DNA from: Azolla caroliniana | Taxonomy: Eukaryota; Plantae; Polypodiophyta | NCBI GenBank assembly: GCA_043228905.1 | Contig: JBHGNT010000014.1 | Coordinates: 17,732,001-17,796,000 of the forward strand | Direction of reading: 5' to 3' | DNA length: 64,000 nt | Part shown: positions 13,033 to 26,088 of the stretch, in pieces | Layout: each line of letters begins with the position of its first letter | How positions within the stretch are numbered: position 1 is the stretch's first letter | Notes under the pieces: generated by a model | Told to the model about the DNA's origin: nothing | Seen by the model: the letters and a program-made list of their open reading frames with translations, nothing else | Database searches by the model: none | Program-made: the position numbers and the translations under genes

Positions 13033-16000
13033 AGCTTTTATCTAAACTGGGTGCTGTGGGAGCTAAACCAGAGCATTTTCTTCTTTCATCAGAGGGGAAA
13101 GGGGATTTTTTTCTTTAATATAAACTGATTCTTTAGAACTTTGAGTGTATAGATTTCTATTGCATTACCTTGATGAAGCTTTTTTTTTTGTTTTTGTCAG
13201 GATTCAATATACATTCTGCAGGCTGTCCATACTTGCATAGGTAGAAGCAAGATTACTCTGTTTTGTAACAAAAATGGAGGCAGAACTAAATGAGAGGAAA
13301 GACAGATGTGGAGATATTTGCCTGCCTGCCTGCTGCTGCTGCTTTCTAGTTCCTGTTCTTGTTCTTCTCAGCACTTCATCATCATGGGTTGAATGCTTAC
13401 TTTCTGCACTGATTAGAGAGCTGTGGCTATGGCTGTGGCTATGGCTAATGGCTAATGGCTATGGCTATGGCTATGGAGTCTGCAGAAACAGAGCCTGCAC
13501 TACTGTTAAGAGACAAAAACATAACCCAAGGAAAAAAAAATAGGGTTCTGATTATATATTGCATTTATTTATTTAATTTATTTATTTATAGAAATTTATC
13601 TATTTATTTAATTTATAATTAAACCTATTTGCAGATTTCAAAAACGCCTCCCTCTGTGTGTTTTTTTTTTTTGTGTGTGTGACTTAATTATTTTTAATTA
13701 ATTATGAAAGAAACGAATTGCTATTTATTTATTTCTTCAATATTATGAATGATGATTTTGTTTTTTGTTTTTTTTGGTTCAGAGAAGAAAATTTCAAAGG
13801 CCCTGAATTTCATTTTTTTTCTTAATTGACTTATTAAAGGAAAATAAAACAGAAATTCAAAAATTCAGCGAAGAAAGAAAGAAAAATAAAGCAGGGAGGT
13901 TTTTTTTTTTTCTGGCCATTCTTTAGGTCAAATTTTTTTTGGAAGCTTTTTTGACATTATTTTCTCTGTTTTTTTTGTTTTTGCAGGAAATAATTAGGTA
14001 TTGAATGAAAATTTTCATGGCATTTTAAGGCCAAAAATTTAAATAAACAATTTTTTTCTCATCTCTACATAGTTTCTAATTTGAAGTTATAATATAATTT
14101 ATTAAAATTTCTCCTTCTCAATAATCCAAAAAGCAACATCTCTTTCTGTTATTTGTTGTTTTACTTAAAAAAGCAACTAATAAATTTTCACCCGAAAAAA
14201 CTAATTACGTTTTTTTTTTCCCTGCTTAAAGAAAGAGCAGAGGAAGACAAATTGACAATAACTAATTAAGTGAAGATTAATACATTTAATTAATTAATTC
14301 CACAATTAAGGTGTTCAATTCAGAAGAAAAAAAAACAAACTTAACTTTAAGCAGAAAAGCAAATTCATAAAAAGCAAAAAGCAAAAAAAAAAAAGGCAAC
14401 ACCTTTGCATTAATAGATAATAAATGGATTAAGTGAAATAAAAATCTAAACATAATAAAATTAATAATAATATGAAACTTTAATAAGTGATAATAATAAT
14501 AATTTTAAAACAAAATTGGTTTGATCTTAAATTCTTTGATATCAATTGAAACTTTTGAAAGCACCCTTCAATGGATGACTTCAAGTCCTTAACTAATAAA
14601 TGAGAGGCACACAAGGTGTCTTGCATTTTTCAACACCGTGTTTTCCCGACTAATTGTTTTTTTTCAACACACCATGACCCGTAGCTTTAAATCATTCTTT
14701 GGACCTTCCACAGATTCAAAAAACTCACAAAACCATGTTTTGATCGAATGCTAATCATGTCTCTTCTCGTCTCATTCATGTGTCGTGTTCGTCACCTGAA
14801 ACAACACGGACAATCCTTCTTAAGTTGTAGCCTGATTGGGTCCCCTTTCCTAATCAATCAATCCCTATGGGAAACTGATCGATCTCGTGTCCTAATCTGA
14901 GTTGTTTTCTATGTAGAAACACCTTAGATCTCGTGTTTGCCGCCTGAAACACTGGCGATCAAATTGAGGCAATCTTTTTGGATTTGCACCGCCTGCTTCT
15001 ACGTTGTAGCCCGATCGGCTTCCCTTTGGGAAGCCAATCTATCCCTAGGGGCAACCGATCAGAGTTGCTTCAATGCATAATCGTTGGCAATTAAAAAGCA
15101 AAATGTGAACAATCTTAACCTATTTGCTCGTTTGCAAACGGTTGACAAGTGTGCCCATAATCCTCAACAACCCATATTTTTTATTTTGTTGTTGAATTGT
15201 CAGAAGGATCTTCGTTGGTATGCATATTCATATCATACTTTCAACAAACTACTTTTTCCCGTTCAATCGTTGATTATTCATTATGTACCTCTTTTTTTGA
15301 ATACCTATCCCCACTATGTACTTGTCAAGGCCAATGAGTATATATGCATTGCTCAATGCATTCAATGTGATACTATCATATATGTATGCCTTGGACGTTT
15401 GGAACAATGCGCAAAAATACCACCTTTTGAAAAAAACTCATGAGGCCACGGTTCGGTCGAGATTCCTAAAATCTATAAAGCGTTTACTTTTGTCGCTTTC
15501 CCTCTCATACGAACATTTCATTTCCTCCCAAGGTAGACTAATCAGTTTTACGAGTTCAACATGAATTTTCTTCATTTTATTCAAACAGTTTGTTCATATC
15601 AAAGTAGGTAACCCAAATTACAATTTTCAACAAAAATAAAATAATATCATTGCGTTTCCGTATTGTTCAATCATTTGATTTCCTCTCAAAGTAGACAAAT
15701 TTGGTCTACAAAATGATCACATTTTCCCTTTTATACGAAATCGCTTCTTCTCTTGTAGCAAACAAGTCAACATGGCAATCCTAATGTTATTAAGATGGAC
15801 ATGAAGAAGGTCCATTTCCAATTTTGGTCGGCAAGAAAACATAGGTTGCAATCTAGACTTATAAAAAAGAATCTTTATTACCTCATAACAAAATACAATG
15901 TAACACAGAAATTATTTCTATTTCTCTATAAAGCGTAGCGGACACAAATGTAGATATAATTACACCACATTCTAACATGAAGAATATCTCCCGATGTCTC

Positions 16001-17926
16001 TAAAATGTGAGGTTCTTTGATAATATATATGTATATACTCAAGCTTCACGGATCTTATAAATAGAATATCAAAATATCATAAACATTGAATTCTATATTG
16101 CTCAACGATGCTATCTAACACCATATTGTGGTCTCGATTTTGATTCGACATTTTTTTGTATTGAGGTTGTTTTTTGTGAACATTGCCTTAGAAGCCAATA
16201 CCAACACCCACTTTGATTGTGAATAATCTTCGCAACACGGTATAATTTTCAAATTTTTTTGTGCTTCACGAATATTATTGTTGTCTAGATATATGTAAAG
16301 TCAGTAGTTCACGAGACCCACCTTCCTCCTTGCGAGTCCTCGAGCGGTTTAGCCAATTGTTGTCAAAGCTTCAAGACTTCTAAAGTGTCCTAAATTTGCA
16401 TGTCCTAATTGATGTTTCGCAATAAACAATATAGTTTCCATTTACGAAAATATAAGATGATATTTGGAACACATGTATAGTTTCGATATTAGGTCACCAT
16501 TTAGTAGAACAATACTTTATAATATAGAACAAATGTTTCGTTTATGGTTTATTTACATAATTAAATCACCTTGATCCTTTCTACTATCTCGTGGACTACA
16601 TAGAATAACTTTGATAAGAGAGCCACATCATAGTTGAAATAAGAAGAAACTTATTATTGCAAAGAGTATTGAACACTTTGCAAAGAATAATGTTTTACAT
16701 AAGCACATAACGTTTTATGAATCAATATGAACAATGAAATTGGACATACATGTCCCCTATATCGTGGTGCATTATAATTGATTGTGCATATGTTTATTAT
16801 ATGTTCAATTGTTATTGTATATATAGCTCAATATGTAGTGTTACGTAAACATTGTATTTCTAGGTACACCAAAGCTCAAATAAATTATATTATGGTCTCA
16901 CTTTTATCGATATGATTGTTGTTGTTCACAGACAACTTATCAAAGGTATGAAGTTTTTTTAGTATTAGGGAAGCTATAAAGTGTGCATACTAGAGTGAGA
17001 TTGCAAGTGAGTTCACATATAATTCTCATGCAATTTGGTAAAGTAATTGAGGCAAAGTTTCTACAGATTGTTGATTCTTAACAAGTTGATTTATAGGAGC
17101 TAAATGAATTACAACCATCTCCCTCTCTAAAAAGGCAAAAAACATCTTCGCTCTTTGACATCTAAAGGTGCATCTGGATGATACTTTACTCCGTCCTAAG
17201 AGGATTTGTTTTCAATCACATGGTCTCTAGTACTCTCTACATGTGCATCATAATGTACACCTGCTTTCTAGCCCTCCTTTTTAATTGACCTGTGACATAG
17301 ACCACCATTCTTAATTGAATGATCATTGTAATGAGAATTAGCATAACCATGTTATCTTAAATGATATACATTTCTTTCCATACCCTAGCTACCTAATGTC
17401 AATGTAATTCATTTCCCTCTTTTTGCAAAATTAATGACGAATCAACAATTTGGGCACATACTAGGAGTTAACCTACAAATATTGGAATTTGGCATAATGT
17501 ATAATTTGCTTGTCACTTTTATAATTTAATAAACAATGCAACTTTTCATGACTTTCCATAGAGACTTGTCAAAAGAAATTGTTTACATGTAATAAACTAG
17601 ACATAATGTGCACATCACAATGAATAGATTAATTACTACCTCTTACACGCGAATGACTCGATGAATTATGAGTTATTGCGTTCATAAATAAACAAAAGCC
17701 TCATGAATTGACCTCGTTGGTTGTGGAAGACATCCAATTAGTTTGAGTAAGAAACACTCAACAAATTTTAAAAAATTGTCGCTCTTTTTAATATAGCCTT
17801 TATAACAACTTCAAAACTACAACTATGAAAACGGTCAATTGCCTCTATTAGAGAGGTAGTGTTGGAAATTCCTAGCTTATATTTTTGCATGTTAGTGTGT
17901 TGAATCTCATGTAATTTTCCTCAAGT

Positions 17927-18100
17927 ATCCAATGTTTCTCATCCTGACCCATCAGCTTTGTCTCCCCACTTTATTTCTTATGATAATATCCAATGTTTCT
18001 TATTTTGATCCATCAACTTTGCATTCCCACTTTATTTCTTAAGATAGTATCCAATGTTTCACACTCTGACCCATAAATTGTGTCTTCCCACTTTATATCT
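17927..18100. repeat. Three degenerate ~61-bp tandem repeats
   Basis: TATCCAATGTTTC...CCCACTTTAT recurs at ~17927, ~17988 and ~18048. Confidence 0.8.
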
Positions 18101-18713
18101 CAAGCTAGCATGTGTTATGCATTTTGTGGAGTTTGTTGTACGACGGTGATTATATGCTTTACTCACATGAGAGACAAACATGGCTTGTTCCCTTTATGAG
18201 CATTCCATATTTCTGTTGCCTTAAGGTATTGTTTTCAACTTTTGTGTTCCTGAATAGAGAGAAATTGGCTCGCATTTTGGTACGATATAAACTACATATA
18301 AACAAAAAGTGTTATAGTAAAGCCCATCTCCCAAAAGAAGCTAATCATCTAATGGGATGATCTAATGCTGGCCTAATAGGATTATTTTGAAACAAATTAA
18401 TTAATGAACCTAGTGATTTAAATATCGGTAAAATTTTGAGGATAACATGCATTATTGACAAACAAAAGGTAATATATATGTATAGGATATGGTTATTAAA
18501 GTCATGAAGATAAAGAGGAAATTTGTATATGGCAAGTAAGAAGGCCTAATCCAAACCATAAAAAATTGCCCAACAATGTTTTGGGTAATGTACATGATTC
18601 AAATACATACATACATGTCAAAATTACAACAAAGATTTAAAACATGTCATTACTAGTTGTAAAGAAATGAAGAGTGTAGGTGATCTAGGAAATTGTGTGT
18701 GTGTGCACAAGAC

Positions 18714-18757
<44 letters not shown>

Positions 18758-18760
<3 letters not shown>

Positions 18761-19082
18761 AGATGGATGTAGCTCAGTTGGTAAGATTGCCCAATGGAGA
18801 CTAGGTGGTCATGGGTTCAACCCTTACATTCCACAGTGGCATCTAGTGAAATAGAGATATATATGAAGTATATAATAGAGAGGTGAAGAAATTGGGTTTC
18901 GAACCCAAGACACAGTGGAGACCAGGTGGTCATGGGTTCAACCCCTACATTCCATAGTGGCATCTAGTGAAATAGAGATATATATGAAGTATATAATAGA
19001 GAGGTGAAGAAATTGGGTTTCGAACCCAAGACACAGTGCTTGTAGTGTTATCGACTTATCACTAGGGTAAGCTAATTACAAT

Positions 19083-19087
<5 letters not shown>
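18758..19087. mobile_element. tRNA-derived SINE-like element with two convergent Pol III heads and an internal 121-bp duplication, inserted in a (GA)n tract
   Basis: Plus strand has A box TAGCTCAGTTGG (18770) and B box GGTTCAACCC (18814). Minus strand has B box GGTTCGAAACC (~18895-18905 and ~19016-19026) and a degenerate A-like box near 19060-19074. (GA)n lies at 18717-18757 and 19088-19114. Confidence 0.6.
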
Positions 19088-19119
<32 letters not shown>

Positions 19120-20299
19120 GAGATAGAGAATAAGAATTTATATTAGAAATTAAAATATAACAAAATACATCCAACAGTTACTTGGTTACAAAAGGGTTGG
19201 TTGAAATACCAACTAACTTAGGGCAACTGCCCTTTCTACTATTTACAAAACTAGCCAGAACCTAGAGTGTCGCTAGTGTGAAAGTCATTCCATTGGGGAA
19301 GTTGGGTTTGACTCTCAACACTAGCAATCATAAAAGTGCTTTAGGGGTGAATATGATGCTATCAAGGGTGATTCAGATGTAGTATTTCGAAAGCAAGACG
19401 ATTTTAAGAAGTGGGAAAGGATGAATGTCTTCTTCATGGTTTATTGTTGTATATGTTGGAGGTATTAGCCACCTCTCTGGGTATTTCCTCCACCGATATG
19501 AAGCAAGTGGCCATGTTCAAATGGTCTTGGTAATGATTGGGAGATATGTATGGTTGTGGTATCCTAAGAGCAGTTGAAAAAGGAAAGTGTGTTGAAGTAT
19601 CATGTAAATTACTTTAGACATAATATAAACCATTGTAGGCAAAGAAAAAAGTGTTGTAGAGGGCATTAATATATGTAGGAACATCATAAAAGTGCTCTAG
19701 AGGGCAACAATATGTGTAAATACATGCATCATTAGGGTAAAGCAATCATCGTTCACTCCCTATTATCCTCGATCTAACATAAACATCTAAAGTTTGTCAA
19801 CAAGGAACCTTTGATATAGGGTAATTTGGTTGCAATATTTCAAAAGAAAATAGTTACATTATTGTTTCCTAGCATATGTCATTGTCATGACCATTTATAC
19901 AAAACAACATATGTATTTACTACAATAATATTCATGATAAGGTCACAAGGGAACTTGAAATAGTTTTAAACAACAAGTTATCACTGTGATAGTAGGAGGA
20001 ATGACAATTCAAATGCCTACACTATTTATAATGCTTACTATCTTTTCATTTACATCTTTGGCATTACTAGGAATGAATGGGTTTGCATCACAATCATTAG
20101 TATTCCCAATTCGTGCTTTAATGAGTGCCAAGTGGAGATCATGCATGGGTTTAACCATGCTATATAAACATTTGATTTAGTCATTGCTGAACCATTTTGA
20201 TTCAAGGTTAGTCTTTAACATATTCTTGTAATTTTGTTCTTCATATAATTAGTTTAGTTAGCATGATCAAGATTGGCTAATGATGGTAGTTGTCAACTA

Positions 20300-20760
20300 T
20301 GAATCCTACAATAACGCCAAGATTTGACAATGATTAGACATTTTGGAGTCTACAAGCCGTTGGAATTAATTTATTGATCAAGCTATTGTTGGTTGCAACC
20401 TTGTAACTTGTTGAGGACCAGATTCATAGTTATAAATGCATGTTGCCAATCAAAATGTCTTCCACATGAAGCATATGGATTACGTCAATCCTTACCAGTT
20501 CTAATGGTCCATGAAAGTTTGTCTCTTTGGATTTTATTATTGACATTCCACCCTCCAAAGTTATTGATGCCATTTTCAATGGTTGGCTCATTAAGATATC
20601 ACATTTCCTTCCATGCACAAATACTATCAATAGTCGAGAGATAATAGATCTAGCTATGCATGACGTATTCATGCATGATGGTCTTTTCGATGATATCATC
20701 AATGATTGAAGCCCGCATTTTCTCTATAAATTTTGTAAACATTTGCTTTGGCTCCTCCAA
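20300..20760 (+). pseudogene. Degraded chromovirus-type Gypsy integrase fragment
   Basis: ACCQSK..H..YGL..LP, SLDFIIDIPPS, KISHFLPC and HDVF.HDGL.DDII; similar to the integrase at 23992-24750. Confidence 0.7.
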
Positions 20761-20986
20761 ATTGAAGGTAATCTCTCATTGACCTATTGCCAACAACACA
20801 TTCCAGAGAATGACCAACACCATCTTCCAAGATCTAATAACTAGAGGCGTCCTCACCATCTATTTGGATGACATCATTATCCACACAACTACATGGGAAC
20901 AACACTTGGAAATCCTCGTGACAGTGTTAGAGTGACTCAATAACTTTAACTTTCAATTGCAATTAAAAAAATGTAAATGGGCAAGT

Positions 20987-22888
20987 TGTCACATACATGA
21001 CAACATTCATGTCAAGATTTGAACTCTTGATCTCTTATATATAGTCAAGTGTTGTGTTCTAACCAACACGTCCAAATATATGGTCATGTTATGGATATCT
21101 TAGTAGATTATTAGTAGATTATCTATTTCAAGTTCTAGGAGTTTTTAGAAAGTTCTAGAATATTCTCCCGAATATTCTAATGCATGTACTTCGACTCACA
21201 ATATAAATACTTGTAACCTCATTGGTCCCTTTCAAGGGATTCAACACTAGTCATTGACACATCAATCTAGTATTCTTCTTCCATTCCATCTTTGTCTCCG
21301 TCTTCATCTTTGTCTTTATTCTATTATGTCGTTCCTAGCATCTTAAGTTCCTCAACTCGTTGCTCCCAACTTCTCGAGTTTCTATCCCTATCACGTCGAG
21401 TTCCATGTTCGTAACCTTATCGGTCGTAGCCTCGTCATCTGTGCTTTGTCGTAGTCTAGGGTTGGTGTGTCCATGATAGTTTGAATCCCTTCTAACTAGA
21501 AGCATCACCCGTCTTCGTCATCGCCCTTGCTTCTAGAGTTACCATCGTCACCGTCCTTGCTTCCAGAGTTACCATCATCAGCATCCCTTCGTTTCCTATC
21601 TTCCTCGCCATCTTTATCTCCTAGTTTATTCTCATCGTTGTCTCTATCTTTTAGTTTCTTATTATCATCATCCTTATCTTTGCGCTTCTTATCATCTTCC
21701 ACATCCCTATCTCTGCATTTTTTGTCACTGTCATCCTTTTCCCTGCGTTTCTTGCCATTTTCATCTCTATCTATGTGTTTCTTATCCTCTTCATCTATTT
21801 CTCTGTTTCCATCATTGCCATAGCCACAATCATTGCTTCTAGAGACACTTCCTCAACATCATTGTCTTCATCACTTCTTCTTTGACATCATCATCTTCAA
21901 CACCTCTTGGTGTCGTCATCAACACTACTTTGCCTAGCCTTCATCGACATCAAGTTTTCCAGTTCCCGATGAGGACTGCACATGGTCGTTCACGCAGGTT
22001 GATGTTCACTTCTCCGGTGAGGACTGTACATGGTCGCTCACGCTCGTTGGTGTTCTAGTTCCCGGTGAGGACCGCACATGGTCCCTCATGCTCATTGGTG
22101 TTCTAGTTCCTAGTGAGGACCGCACATGGTCACTCATTACCGTTGGTGTTTGTGCCTCCGATGAGGACCGTACATGGTCTCTCATGCCCATTGGTGTTCA
22201 TCTCTGCGGTGAGGACCGCACATGGATGCTCACGTTGGTGTTCCAATATCCAGTGAGGACCGTACATGGTCGCTCACCCCCTTGGTGTTCTAGTCTCTGG
22301 TGAGGACCACACATGGTCGCTCACGTTCAATCGTGCTCCTATTTCTGGTGAGGACTGCTCATGGTCACTCACTCCTCAACGTACTTTGGTTTTCCCTTTC
22401 AACTCACCCCTACACCATGCTTTCGAAAAGGCGGCCGTAAAGGGAAGGATAATGTCACAAACATGACAACAATCATCTCAAGATTTGAACTCTTGACCTC
22501 TTATATATAATCAAGTGTTGTGTTCTAACCAACACGTCCAAATATATGGTCATGTTAGAATATTATTAATAGATTATCTATTTCAAGTTCTAGGAGTTTT
22601 TAGAAAGTTCTAGAACTAGAAGGTTCTAGAGGGTTCTAGAATATTCTCCCGAATATTCTAATGCATGTAATTCGACTCATAGTATAAATATTGGTAACCT
22701 CATTGGTCCCTTTCAAGGGATTCAACACCAGTCATTGACACATCAATCTAGTATTCTTCTTCCATTCCATCATTGTCTCCATCTTCATCTGTGTCTTTAT
22801 TCTCTTATATCGTTCCTAGCATCTTAAGTTCCTTGTTAGCCTTGTCATTCGTGTTCCATCCGAGTCTGCGGTTCGTGTGTTCGTGACA
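20987..22888 (+). mobile_element. Non-autonomous LTR element (TRIM/LARD-like): 5' LTR 20987-~21350 with its 3' end lost, 3' LTR 22453-22888
   Basis: Two near-identical LTR copies starting TGTCACA. 3' LTR ends GTGACA. PPT AAAGGGAAGGATAA before 22453. Degenerate TSD CAAGT/CCATT. No gag/pol motifs inside. Confidence 0.8.
21960..22385. repeat. Nine copies of a ~48-bp tandem repeat inside the non-autonomous element
   Basis: GAGGAC(C/T)GCACATGGTC core at 21971, 22019, 22067, 22115, 22163, 22211, 22255, 22302 and 22350. Confidence 0.92.
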
Positions 22889-23157
22889 CCATTATACAAC
22901 TAAAATTTCTTGCATACGTAATTTCCACCATAGGAATTAGCATTGACCCTGTCAAGGTGGTTGCCATCAGAACTTATCGCTCCCCTTCATTTGTAAAAGT
23001 TTTCCAACGATTCTCGGGCCTCATCAATTTCTCCTTGCGTTTTGTCCCTAACCTTGCCAAGGTCATGACACCATTCAACCATCTCTTGTAGAAGGACACA
23101 CCCTTCACATGGACAGACTCCTATACTCAAAGATTCAATAAGTTGAAAGTCCTTCAT

Positions 23158-23191
<34 letters not shown>

Positions 23192-23194
<3 letters not shown>

Positions 23195-25200
23195 TGATAA
23201 CAAACAATATATTATATGAAGAGAGGATACAAGAACAACTAGGAGGCTTAAAACTGGCGTTGAATCGAATTGGTTTTGAATAATTGCATGTGCCTCTATT
23301 TATAGTACTATCATGAGTACTCCTGAAGTTTCTAGAATGTTCCAGAGTAATCTGGAATATATATGAATTTCCTATAGTGAAATAATAAATGAAATTAATA
23401 TCTTTTGTATTACAATGCATGGTTTAATGGTAAATGTTCAACCCTTGTAACACAAGATCATAGCTTCAAATACTTTTGGAGCCATACCATGCCATATTAT
23501 GACATTATCCCCCCCTTTAAATGATGAGTGTTACGAGTCGTCTTTGATTGAGGACCTGGTTTGTCTAGATATTGACAATGGAAGTCTTCAAGAAGAGCTT
23601 GAGCATTCGTCAAATTCGTTACTAGTTCCCAAGTACGCTCGCTTGGACTATATCCTAGCCAATCAACTAAATAATAGAGCTTGTTGCGAACTATCTTGGA
23701 ATCGAGGATGGTGGCAACCTCGTACTTAGGTCCATCTTCAAGTTTGATCGGGGGTGGAGGTGGTGTAATACAATCTGGGATAGTGCTGTCCTGATAGGGT
23801 TCTAGAAGAGAACTATGAAATACCAGATGTATCTGTAGTTGTGGAGGTAGATCAAGGTGAAAAGTGACATCATTAATTTTTCCGTTAATACGGAAAGGGC
23901 TTAACCATCGATAATTTAGTTTGTCACACTTGATTTGCCGTCGTAATAGCCATACTTGATCTCCAATATCAAAAGAGGATGGAAGCCGATGTCAATCTGC
24001 ATAGTCCTTCTGTGTTTGTTGGGCACGATGTAGATGGATAGATAGTTCTGCCTGAATTCGTCGTAGCCGCTCCAAATGATCCTCTGCACTAGGATTTGTG
24101 GGTAACTCAGGAGTTTCTAACACACACCAACGAGGATGATAGCCGGTATAACCGTAGAAAGGTGTAACTCTAGTAGAGGAGTGGATAGAATTATTATAAG
24201 AAATTTTATCGAAGTATAGAATATTTGCCCAATCATCTTGTTGATAGCTTAGGAAACACTGAAGATATTGTTCCAACATTTGATTGGTACGTTCTGCTTG
24301 TCCAGCTGTTTGGGGATGATATCCGGAGGAGAGATTGCAAGTGAACTTCAACATTTTGAAGAGATGCTTCCAAAATTTAGAGACGAATTGAGGTCCATGA
24401 TCACTGATGATATTGTCAGGAAGACCATGATGCTGAAATACGTCACACATAACAATTCCCGCGGTTTCTTCACTAGTGATTTCTTTAGTACATGGCACGA
24501 AATGTGCCATCTTAGTATATCAATCTACCACTATTAAGATCACATTGAAGCTGTTCGACTCTGGAAGATCCGTGACAGTTTGCTTGGGATCGGTAACGGT
24601 TTGCTTGGGATCGGTAACGGCTCCAACAAACCATATGGATGATGTCTAGGCATCTTCGCTCTACAACATGTATCACATGTCTGAACATAGTCTTCAACAA
24701 ATCTTTGCATATGGGGCCACCAAAATGATCGTTGTACTAAATCCAACATTTTAGTACTACCAAAATGTCATGTTGTGTATGTGTCATGACAATTTTGTAC
24801 TATTCAAAGGTGATAAGAACCATTGGAAACCTACAAAAGTTTCTTAAAGAAGAGTAAACCATCATGACATTTGAATTGTCGATAATCTGTACCTGGTTGT
24901 TGTGACCGTGAACAAGATGCTCGAGAGGGATCAATTTGATCTAGAATAGCTTGAGAAAAAACACCTATCTTCAAATCTTCACGTATGGTATCGATAATGC
25001 GGGAATCCAATGGAGTGTTGGATCTTCAAATCTTCAAAAACCCACATTGCTTGAAGTCGTGTTGGAACTAGGATTACTTGCTTTTGATTGTCGAAGGTTG
25101 GATCACCAGGATGAGTAGCTAGATGCGAGCATTGTGATAATGCATTTGCCTTCCCCCTAGGGGCTTCACTGTGAAAACTTGTATGATAGCACGCGAGTTC
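23192..25200 (-). mobile_element. Truncated Tcn1-like chromovirus (Gypsy): RNase H end, integrase, GPF module, chromodomain, PPT and 3' LTR (~23192-23504)
   Basis: Integrase ORFs 23992-24749. Minus frame YEVATILDSKIVRNKLYYLVDWLGYSPSERTWE (chromodomain, ~23580-23725). PPT AAAGGGGGGGATAA abuts TGTCA at 23504. The left LTR edge is uncertain. Confidence 0.85.
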
Positions 25201-25379
25201 ATCAAAATGGGTTTAAATTAACCATTGAGATACAGAATGTATATATATAAGGGTATTAACAAATGCATGAAAAATATATTTACATAAGGGTATTATCAAT
25301 TATGCTATAGAAAAAAATTACATAAACCCATGAAATATTAGATATTTCAATGAGATAATAAAGAATATATTGTGCAAAC

Positions 25380-26088
<709 letters not shown>

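Larger units (their letters stand above)
20785..23150 (+). pseudogene. Gypsy RT fragment interrupted at 20987-22888
   Basis: TFQRMTNTIFQDL...IYLDDIIIH...LKKCKWA, then IQLKFL.YVIS..GI.IDP.KV after 22889. Resembles the RT of the 26089-46474 element. Confidence 0.75.

Noticed and set aside
15600-17900. Possible decayed DNA-transposon coding region
   Set aside because: No recognisable catalytic motif, TIR or TSD.
21960-22385. CRISPR-like array
   Set aside because: The inter-core segments are homologous to each other, the context is a eukaryotic LTR element, and there are no cas genes. It is a tandem repeat.
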